The notes under the pieces were generated by a model. The model had not been told where the DNA came from. It ran no database searches and saw only the letters and a program-made list of their open reading frames with translations. The position numbers and the translations under genes were made by a program. Below, piece by piece: positions 12,371 through 24,300 of a DNA stretch of 46,560 bases. Positions within the stretch are counted from its first letter, which is position 1. Each line of letters begins with the position of its first letter. Source of the DNA: Phoronis australis (taxonomy: Eukaryota; Animalia; Phoronida); contig NMRA01001158.1 in assembly GCA_002633005.1 (NCBI GenBank), positions 1 to 46,560 on the forward strand, given 5' to 3'.

Positions 12371-15300
12371 GTAAGTAAGACATTATATACGGCTAGAAAC
12401 CAATATTGGTTCCTAGTATACGGTTATCAAAGTGAATTAGATTCTAGATTCCGTAAAGCATTGAGGTGGCAAGAGAATAGGCGTGACACCAAAGAATTGT
12501 TTAAATCACCTCTGGATGCTTTCAGGGTTACTGAGAACACACTAAACACGTACAACTTGCCAAAAGACTATTCATTCCTTTGGCAGAAACCGATAATTAA
12601 CTGGTGAAAGCCAAATATGTTGAGCGTAACCACACCCGCAGTAATTTATGGTAAGTCAAAGTGGACACATTTCGGAAGTTTTGCCACTATATTCCATATA
12701 TTTTGACTTCTTCGCCAGGTATATTCCGAATTTATGCCCCCTCCCCTAAAATTTAGTAATATCAGTCAATTTAAATGCTGATGTTAATTCGATTTTATAC
12801 CCGTTGATTCATTGACTACTTTACCGATAAATCAGGGGATATCGAATTAATAGCCCCATCTAATATCGATTGATCAAAACTGGTAAATTGATGAGACATT
12901 GAAATTCAGAATATGTGGTGGTAGGGTAGATAGTCCGGTTTACAGCTGCTCGCCAGCATAATAACACGTAACGTACTACTGAAATCGAGGAATGTATGAG
13001 GGCATAGTGTGAAGGGTAAGTGCAGCTAGTCAAAGACCTCTTAACAACAAAACTATTTCTCCAAACGCAACCTTATGCAACATCATCGGTGGGTAATGTT
13101 TGCGTTTTCGTCCAAATGTATGCCCTTTTTGAAAAGCAAAATCTGTTAGCCATAAGCGAAATAAAGATAGCGGCTTATTATTTGTTCAGGCTTATTGTCC
13201 TCTGGACTTGCTCAAACACTTCACTTTTGGCGCTCAATGCATGCGCCCAAGGATAAGAAATGCGAACCTCTGTCTCCCGATATACAACGAAATGAATGAA
13301 ACGGTAACCGGTCATCTAGGTGCTCATCGTCCCGAGAATGTATTCGCATTTAAAGTAGATGGCGTACAGGAGGCGTGAAGCTCTTTAGATGAACATTAAA
13401 AGCAATGTAACATTTAATCCTCGAACTGGACCTGTTCTCAAGAGTTAGTGGTTTATCAAAATGACATGTCTGGCGAATTATCTGAATTTGGATGACGGTG
13501 TGAAAGTGGGCATCGAGTGAAAAGGATTACATTTTAATGCAGTCTAGGGTTAAACCTTATACTACATTATCGACGTCATCTGACTCGCCATGAAAGTAAA
13601 TTCTTTGCTCTCACGCCTTTGTTTGCGTACAGGAGCTCAAGTTTCTCGGTTTTGTATTTCTTCTAGCGGTGTTATATTATCTGACATTCACACAATCCGT
13701 CGGCCCTTTTCAAAAACAGGCTCCGTTGTCCATTCGCAGCATTATCTTGAATACTCGGCTCACGGGGCTGGGTACTTCTATACATAGTATAAACGGGACG
13801 TGCCCCGCAACAGACAAAATGCCTATTCGACACGTGAAATGCATGCATTTTTGAACAGCAAGTTTTTGCTATATTTTTATTTCCACTATCACTAATTAAA
13901 TACGTATTTTAAGCCTCACATGCAGTGCCACACTTGAAATTTGTTTATTACACAACACACATGCATAATTAAAAAGTGAAATCGTATAAATTGTCAATAA
14001 ATAATTAAAAAAATAAATAGATAACACCTGAACGCGCATGCCACCAAGATTATTGTTATTTTCATGGTGGTCCATACAAATACATGGATAAATATGAACA
14101 GGTGATACGAATGATAGGACACATAATATTATAATTATTGTATTCATTTCTTTTTTATAATACTTGCCTGTACAACAGTCGATGTTCAGGAAATTACAAC
14201 ACGTGGGCCTGTTCCAAGAAACTGACTAAAATTCATTTTTTAAGATTTGTCTCAACTTCCAAACTTTGAAACTTAATTCCTAAGTGGTAAGTTAGTCAAA
14301 CTTTCAAGTTGGGTATTTAAAACAAACAAAAAGCGAACAAATTTAAAGCCTGTCTCATGAAAAACAAAAACCAACGCAATCTTTACAGTTGTAAATGAAA
14401 CCCTAAAACTCCCAGAAAACATGTTGACTTTTATCTAGGTTCCTAGCTTTTATCGAGACAAATGGCTTATTCAAACTTGAGATCTCTTTGTTGGAACGGA
14501 CTTGAGACAAATTGAATTTTTTTCTTGGGAAAATTGACTTAAATTTAAAATTTGTCTTAGATATGTCAGTTTTCTTGTAACGAGTCCCATATCTGTAAAG
14601 CATACATCTGAATTCCTGATCTTCCAACAGCTGTGAGACATTATTTGTGTCGTAATTTATGCTTCTTGTAGTGCATAACTTCGACTAACTTCGTTCCCGT
14701 TTTGGATAAAATGTCCATTGTGTCGTATGACGTAACAAGCCCCCAGATCACCCTCAACTAAATACAAAAGGGATTGGCGAACTGTTGCGGTTCAAAGGCC
14801 AGACTGGCAGCGGTGCACTTCTTGGAGAGAATTTGAGCTAGTGATACTTAATACGAGGAACCAGCAAGAGATATCTTGGTTCATAATTTGATATTTCCTT
14901 AACACATTGTGAGCCTCTTAAGAAAGAACAAGAACTAATTGCTCCTTCACCCCTATAAATCTAACATTGCATTGTTTCTCGACATTTTAAAAAGATTTTT
15001 ACTAACTTTGGTGATACCACCAAAAGCTGGTTCCGTCACCCGCTGGTGCGCCAGTGATACATGTACCTCCCTATGAACAGTAGAAACTTCAAATAAGACA
15101 CTTCCCCAGCAGTACGTGCCATACAAGGGATAGTTTGTTATGACTGAGGTGGAAAGTCCTCCTCGCAGTCGTCCTGCTGTCTGAGCTAACCACACTTACC
15201 CGGCACTTACTTGGCAGACTTGAAAGGAATTTAAACATTTTCGGAGACTGACAACAATAATAGAACTTTAGTTTATTTTAAACATTTAAATGGGATTCTC

Positions 15301-18300
15301 AAAATCTACTTTAATAGATAAAACAGACAACAAAGCCGATATCAGTGTCCTTTGTAACATTTGCTAAGCCATTTGTCTCGATAAAAGCTAGGAACCTAGA
15401 TAAAAGTCAACATGTTTTCTGGGAGTTTTAGGGTTTCATTTACAACTGTAAAGATTGCGTTGGCTTTTGTTTTTCATGAAACAGGCTTTAAATTTGTTCG
15501 CTTTTTGTTTGTTTTAAATACCCAACTTGTTTAATCGATGAACATAGCTGATAGAATTCCACGTAGATAAAACTCAAGTGCTTAATGTTTGTAGAGGCAA
15601 AAAGTCTGTCACCTCTGCAAACGCGATCCAGTCTCGCGATAACTTTTTACACCCGTGACGTGGTGTGAGCCGGTATGACGGTATTAAATTACCCGGGAGA
15701 TCAAACTGAACTAACAGTTGAGCTGTCTCAAACTGAACTAACAGTTGAGCTGTCTCAAACTGAACTAACAGTTGAGCTGTCTCAAAATGACTAACAGTTG
15801 AGCTGTCTCAAACTGAACTAACAGTTGAGCTGTCTCAAACTGAACTAACAGTTGAGCTGTCTCAAACTGAACTAACGGTTGAGCTGTCTTAGTTTTAAGG
15901 TTACTGTTTTCATATTGCATGAATCTCTTCATTACTAACTTCAGCGCATAATTTGTCGGGTCAAAAATTGTTTGAGACTTGACACCGACAGATTTTCTTT
16001 TCAAGGAGTAAAAGGTGTGGTAGACACCGAGAAGAACGTGTTTGTGATACATTTTTAAATCAAAATGCGTCACATATTGTCATCCCTAGTCAGTTCACTA
16101 AATGTCGCAAGTACATAAAAGTTATTGAGAGACTGGGACCGGTGCATTTACGTCATCTCTTCAGTTGGGCCTAGTTGACTTGATATAAACAGATTCAAAA
16201 TCTCTTCTAAAGCGAATAAGTAAAAAATGATTTTCTGTGGCTACATGTAACTAACACGGTTGTCTTATGAAAAACGTGAATATCCAGCTCTGGTAGAGTT
16301 TGGGATCCATATACCGGGTACCTTTAGAATAATTGTTTCAATTTAGCACTCAGTCTGCAGTCGACTTGACCGTTTTCCCATACCAGTTCCTCTCGGCACA
16401 ACTACAGTGACTACCTCGCCTTGCGCATCTTCCACAGGACCACTGTCATCAAAAGTTTGAACTCTACAATTTTGTTTAATTTCAATTTGTAGCCAAGATG
16501 CTGTGGTGCGTGATGGCACACTCTGCGAGGCCAAAACGTACGTACCTACCCTAGTGAGAGCTTTGCGGTTAACAGGTAGCAGCACTGCGCGCAACAAGTC
16601 ACGTGGCGCTTAAATATCGCGCGCTGGATTGTTGCATAATCCCCAACACCGTGAGCTGATTTCCGGGGATGTGATTTGCTCATTTTTCGTTTGGAAAATT
16701 ATGATACGAGTATGAAAACAAAGCGGCAAAATTTTCAAGCATTAAGCTCGTTCCCCCAATGCAACAGCTTGTGAATATTAGAAATAATCATAGCCAAATT
16801 CATGCGCGCAACCAGGGGGGGGGGGGTTCGGGAGGCTCGAACGAGCCCCCCCCCCATTTGGCGAATTGGGCAAAAAAGTCCGCCTCGGAAAAACAAAAAG
16901 TCCGAGAAAACGGGACAAAAGTCCTCTAAAAAAAGCGTAAAATTACAATTCACAGCTCCGATCGTGGTACCCCTTTTTTTTTGTTTTTTAGTCCTCCCGC
17001 TTTTATGTTAGTAAAAGGTACACATCGTCGGAAATTCGAGCCCCCCATATTAAAGGCTGGGTGCGCGCAGGAAATTAGTGTTGATTTCATGACTGTATTT
17101 CTCGCCTGTAGTTTGTGTCAGGTGCTTTTGAAGGCCTAAATTCTGATGCTATGTATTTAATCTTCTGAAACGATTGATTGTCGTGATAAATACTTCACTG
17201 TCAAACAAATGTTGTTCTTCTGACAATGGCAAAACTTTTTATTGTGTACCGCCCGGGCAAAGTTTAAATTTGTTTGAAAAAATCATGCCACAGCCGTCCC
17301 TGCAGAACTGCGCCGAAGAAAACGTGGAACTTTCATTCAAGTTAAATGTTTAATTGACATCTATAACGAATCATTATCGGTGTAATGACAAAAACGAGTA
17401 GGTTCTCTTAGCCGCACTAACGAGATTACATCCTTGGTCCCATCAAGTCGAGCAGCGCCACCTGTTAGCTGTAAATTTCTTATAGTTGATTGGGCACCTT
17501 TTGCTCTATCAGTAGTTGCTTTCCGTTTGAGACTGCTTCGTCTTTGTTTCCATTACAAAGTCAGTATCAGAGACAACCTCCATAAAAATCAGTGAACTTC
17601 CACACTGAAGCACTTACGTGTTGACGTGAGAAGAAGACTAGAACCAACTGTCCTGCACGTTCACGCCCAATAAAAACATTCGTATTCTATGGACGTTTAT
17701 GAAGATTTTACGTCGGTTGACTTAATAAAAATACTGTTGCTGAGCAAACCAATATTGCAGTACTTATTTTTCAGGGTGGATGAACCAACTTTCCGAAGTA
17801 GAGGTATTCATCAGGGCGGAGTGACGTCATTGGTTGGAAGGCGGCCCTTGAGGACAAAGCCGAACTCGTATTATGCGGTCTTGCAACCTTTAGAGGCAAA
17901 GGGTGATTTTCACTTTTTGGTTGTCTTAGTCGCGCGGGATTTTTCCATGGTGGAGTTGGGAGGGACGTACTGTCAACTGGCATCAGTTGTCTCGGCTGGG
18001 TATTTTGCTCGCGGGTCTCGTTCGGGTGGGTAGCCAGCATCATAGAACCATAGATTAAATGACTATTTAATCTATGAGAGAACTCGCCTCGGATGCCAGT
18101 GGGTAAATAAAAGACGTCATGACTTCCGGTGTCGTGTAAATATGTTTCGCTGGTTACCAAGTTTTTCGGTAAATGTAAGTTCCCTGAAGTAGTACGTATT
18201 CTTTTACACAGGCGCTCGAATTTCTGGATGACTCATAACCATTTCTTAGTAGTGAGTGACGTCAGTGATGATTGAGGAACAGATAAACTCAAGCGCCTGT

Positions 18301-21300
18301 GCTCTTTTAGGGAAAAGAACACAGCCCGGTGAACGAATCTTGTTGATAAACCATCAAAGTAACTTTTTAGTTTTAGACCTCGCTGTTAATTAATTAGTTT
18401 TGGCATTTTTTCTTACATTTCGGAGTTTGTTGAGCCAAAGTGACCTACATTTAGGGTAACCTAGTTGTTCATAGTTTGCTGGTCATTAGATTTTTAAATC
18501 ATATTTCAACTTGTTACTGATTTGATGGAAAATTAAAAAATTACTGCAATGAATGATACTGGCAAATACCGACTTACTCAAGTGAAAATATATCATTCCT
18601 AAGAGGACGAATACAGAAATGCATCCACAGGAAACTTGTTCAGCAACATGAGGAAACTTCAGTATTTACCGTGACCCTGTTGCGAAATCACGACAGTTTA
18701 CGAACAAAAACTCCAAGAGACACAATTCTTAAAAATTCCACGGATATCTCCCCATGATATTTCTTACAAGTGTCACGCACCTGGTCACGGGAGAGTCTCG
18801 CGCTTGTTCTTGTCTAACTAGGAGTAGTAAGTAGTAGATAATCTTTATTTAAAAGTCGGTGAGATTTAACAATGAAACGTTAGCACAAGTGCTATTATCC
18901 GACAAATTTAAAATCTACAAAATGAAAATACTGAACTAAAATACTAGCTAATTCTTCAGTACGGAGAATATACAGAACTTAAACATAAATATAAATACAA
19001 AAGTACACATACATGTTACGGAGCGTGTAGAAATCCGTATCATGAGTAAGAGTGGCAAATTCATTTAAGGCAGTACATTGTCTCATTACTGATGGCAATG
19101 AGTTCCACAGCAAAGTACCTTTATGGGAGATTGAGTTACACCCGTAAGTCATCGTATTAAAGCGTTTCACATAGAGACAGTTTTCACCTCTGAGACCGTA
19201 TCCAGACTCTCTAAATTCAAGCTTTCCTGATAAAGGACAGGGTCCAATGATATGAACATTTTTGAATACTTCAATAGATAAACATTTCAATCCGCCAACT
19301 AGTTAGAGAGCAGCTCCTAGCCTTATCTAAGTGTTGTGAGTCGCTTGACTCGCTGTCATTGAACACAAATTTTAAAGCACGGTGTTGTATCTTTTCCATT
19401 TTCCTACTCTTCTGTATTCCACATAGGTGCCAAACGAGGGGGCAGTGATTAAAATAGGATCTTATAAATGCGTAATAATAAGCTTACTGTTAATGCCTAA
19501 AACATTACGAAGACGGAACAAGGCATTCATTTGTCTAGAAGCTTTTTTTGCAAACAACATCAACGTGCTCATGGAATTTTAACTGGCTGTCAAGTTGGAC
19601 ACCTAGCAGCTTAACGGACTCTTCACACTCAATCATAGTATCACCAGACATGATATACCTATCATTATTATGTACACGATTCCTAGAAAAATTATTGACT
19701 TAAATTTACCAGGGTTTACAGCCATTCTATTAGAGGAGAACCAATCCATTGCCATCTGCCCAGCTACCTTGAGGCTGAGGCGAACTGCAGATAAAGAGGA
19801 GTCTGCTTGCAAGTGTCATCAGCGTAATTATATAGCTTACAGTGACCGCTTACAGCGTAAAATATATCATTGATAAAAATATTGAATAACATGGGACCTA
19901 CCTAAGACAGACCTTTGAGGAATGCCCTTGGGGACATTTAACCAGTCACTGACAGCGGAGCCAATTTTCACTCTCATCCTTCTATCACTGAAATAGGACA
20001 TTGTGAGGTATTCAATGTGCAGCCATAGGCTTTTAGTTTGGCAACAAGGAGCTCATGGGGGAGGCAATCAAAAGCCTTAGACAGATCAATTAGTATGCAC
20101 CCAGCAAATAAATTATTATCCAGAGCTAACCTTACATCTTCAGTTGGATGCAACAAGACATCCTGACAAGAAAAACCTTTACGGAAAGCACATAATTTTT
20201 CATTTAAAATTTCATCAAAATGTAGTTTCAATTGGTCTAGAATAAGTCGTTCAAAAACTTGGTTGACAACAGTTAGCACACTAACTGGTTTATAACAGAA
20301 TTTATTCATTCGGTCCCCTTTCTGGGCTAACCTGACTTCAGTTGGGTACTTTGTGTTTATCGCTCGCAGTGAAAGAAGTTAACAGCTACCAAAAATGTGG
20401 AGTTGGAATTCTTCGCCAAAATCGTCTTTTAAGCCTGTAGCCTATACTAATTATACAGCTTTGCTGGCCAAATAAGATTTGACAAAAATTAGTGTCATTA
20501 AAAACTACACTTTTCCTTGAGTAAACTAAGTTATTTGCCGGTGTTGGAAAGACTGAAGTTCTGCCGTCATTCTGTTATTAAAACTGTGAGCTATCTTTAG
20601 CGTTGGCTTTCGGCGCCATGAAATATTGAGTCACCTGAAGGCCATCTTCTTTTTTCGACGATTCTTCAATCTACTGGTCTTCTTCCACGAGGTTGTGCAC
20701 ATGTCACTACAAATTTCACTTCTTCACAAGTTTTTAGTATTTTTATAACATCAAATCGATTTTCAGACGAAGCTTTGCTGCTGCGAAGCTGTCATCATCT
20801 GATGTGTTGTCAACCAAACGTCTATAAAAACGGATTTAACTCAGTAAAAGCATGTTCTATGAAAGAAGAAAGCCTTTAGAATCTGATATTTGCCATCCAT
20901 AGCAAAATAATGACATCAGTACCACGGTCAGATTTCATTTGATATATTCTTCAAGAGGAAATCCCATGTTACAGTTCCGCTAACTTATCCTTTGGTTTTC
21001 ATTTTATGCAACTTTTCATTTTTTCGTAAAAATCCTCATATTTTTGATAGTCTCTTGTGGAAAATGGGAACATCTTTAAAACAATTCCTAACCTAACAGC
21101 GTTCTGGAGAACAATGCATGACGCAAAGCATCTGAATCGACCTTTCTGAGATTTGGGCAGTGTATAGGTTATTGTCGTACACAATAGATGTCGCTAAAAA
21201 GGAAGACTAAAGATGGCAGCTTCCCGAGAGCATGACATTCCAGTAATATCCTTTGTGGTTTATTCGTGTACATACCAAACATTGCAATGACATTCCAAAG

Positions 21301-24300
21301 TTTGCCCAATTTAAACATCTAGGGCCTTACATAACCTTAACTGTGAAACCTACGACTTATACTAATTGTTTACGACATCATATCCCTGAACGAAATCACT
21401 GAAATTCAAAGCCTCGGATTTCCAGATCACTCACAACAAGAAATAAGAAACATGTAGTAGTGAGTGACGTCATTTGCGATGGAGGAACAGATAAACCCAA
21501 GGGCCTGTGAACGCAATATAGTTCCACTACTGACATAGTGCACTAAACGAGAAAAACTAGTTTACGTTCATTGAGAAATTTAATGTAAAACAGCCTTTTA
21601 AGTCTTGATCATTATTCAGTACTTCAGATCCAAGTATGTCTGGGGGATTATTTAAGCCAATTTAAGGCAGTGGCACGATATAGGGTATAGTGAAAACGCG
21701 CATTTTAAAATGTGTCAATTATTGAGGGTCGCGAAATCGAAACATGATTTCGTTTCGCGACCAAAACCCGCGAAAACTTCCAAATCACTGATGCCGGGAG
21801 AAACAAAAGTCCGTAAACCGGCAGTCAAATTGGTCCCGGCTCCCGCCAATGAGAGCGTACCATGCGCCCCTGTCTTCCACTGGCCAGTATGCAAGCACGC
21901 CCCCTGTCTTCCGCTGGCCAGGCTCCGACCCGATACGGATTCCGCGCTCCGGCGCTCGGCGGATAGTCATATGACATTCTTTGTACTCGCAAAATTTCAA
22001 GTTCCACCCAACGTTTCTGAAAGTGACACAAATGGCCAGGGTATCTGTGAAAACTCCCCAGATGGCGGTCCGGCGCGGTCAAGTCCGGTAGCTTAATTGC
22101 GGGGTCTGCGCTCCCGAGGTCGGAGCGCGGCTGCAGGTCTCATAGTGTCACCTGCGGATGTGTGCGAAATTTTCTGTTCCGAGAAATGTGTTGGTTCCTA
22201 TTGGCCATTTGTGTCGGTTTCAAGTTGAGAGACGTCGGTCGTGATGCCGACTAACTGCCGGCATATGTACTTTATGCGGTCTCTCAGAATGGCATCTGAA
22301 GCGGTCCACATAAAAGGCATGATCGGCTGCCCAGCGGCCGCGTATCCATTACCCACGATCCATTTATATACCCACGGGTTGGCAGAGTACCAACTGGGAG
22401 AATGACTTCGCGCCCGCTATACCGCTGCCGGAAATTGACGATCCAGTCGGTGATTGTAGTTTAATCAGCAAGTTTTTGCGGGTTTTAGTTGCGAAACGAA
22501 ATGTGTCGATTAATAAGCGACACGCGTTTTCACTTTACCCTGTATCGTGCCATATAATTTAAGGGGCGGGCTCTTCACCCCCTCTCCGACATTTTCAGCT
22601 CAATATCGATTAGTTTGCAGCGTTTTAATCAGCTGGCTATACATGTAGCTTTCCAATGTTATTTTGTATTTCAGGTTCCTTCGGCATTTAAGTTTGTCCC
22701 AAAATCCAGTGTTATGTTTCCAACACATCCCGGGCATTGCACAACTGCACAATGCTCACATACTCCTATGTGGACTTTTTTTTCATTTTGCTACAAACAG
22801 AAAGATAAAAAGAGACAGTAGGATTTATCAATATAAATATTATGTAATTCAAGATTTCAGAAATTCACTGCTTATGATTTTTGTTCAAGATACTGCATTG
22901 GCTGTGAACTCCGTTGACTTTCATCTGCAAGAAAACAGAGACCGCCATCATACCAACGAATATGAAGTCGAAGATCTCATCGTTAGACGGGGTCAAGAGT
23001 TCAAGCTGTCAGTTGACTTGGCACGGGATTATAATGAAACGACTGATGAACTCGTTCTGCAGTTATCTATTGGTCAGTAAAAGATCTAAGCTAATTTAAT
23101 GAAAAACTGGACTTCTGGAAAATCTCCTTTGTCCTGCTCCGTCCACCTACCTGAATTAGTGTAGTAGTTTTACACGCTCGCAAAATTGCACTTAGTGCTT
23201 TCTGGAGGGAATTGGCTTGCTGTTTGTCCATTTTTATGCACCTGTATACACATGTGTGGGTGCATATTGTCATCGTCTCTGTCCAGCATTCATTGCAGTT
23301 CACTGCAACCCCTTGCGGGTTAGTTCTTCTTGAAATTTGGCAGTTGTGCCGCCATGTCTTTCTGACTCATCTGACTACTGCTGCACAACGTGGTGCAAAT
23401 TTTAAGGTTTTGCATTTGCTTACATATCGACTAAGTTGCTCGCTGGATCTTTGTGAAATTTGGCAGATATTCTCTTATCAACTAGACAACATTATTCATT
23501 TTCGAGCCAAGCCGACTACTGCTTTGCCCCTAGTGGCAGTTTCAGAATTTCAGGGTCATGTTTGGTATCCGTTTCATATTCTGACGGCACGACCAAAATA
23601 AGTGCTTAAAAAAGTCACTGGCATGCCATTTTTAGGGGTTACACTAGCATTTTCTTACAAACATTTTGTGCCCCATGTTGTATATTCTTAACAACGAGAT
23701 CGTGCCTGGGAGCAAATTTCCTGTCTTAGATAAATGCCAGAAATTGTAGATTTTGTACTGTTTTCAGTATGGGCTATGTGGAAGTGACCACTTTTACCCC
23801 AGTGATGCAAAGCAGAAACATTGTTTTTCCAAGTCATGTTGAATTAATTGTAACGATAAACATTCAAAACGTACTAGCTTCAGTATTCTTTTGAAGTGGA
23901 ACTGCTTGGGCCCGAAAATCTGGAATTTAATTCAAGTTAATAATACAAGTGACATCCATTTCTATCTCAATGGCCTTTGTCAATGAGATTGACTTGGATG
24001 GAATAGAAGGAACAGGAAATTAGGTCCTCTTGGCTGGAGTTGTCTTGATTTTTGTACTCTGATGAATTTGGTTCCATAGGGCCTGACCCGGTGCAAACTA
24101 ACGACACACTCATCCGACTTTCATTGAAATCGAAATCGATGTCTGATTGGCGTGTGGCCGTCAACAAAGTAGTCAACAATGTTGTAACGGTGTCGGTGCT
24201 GCCACCTGCCAATGCCATTGTTGGTAAATATGCTCTTAGCATCGAGACGCGTGAGAATTCTGGAGGAAGCGAGGCAAAGATTTCCAGGAAGAAGTTTGAA

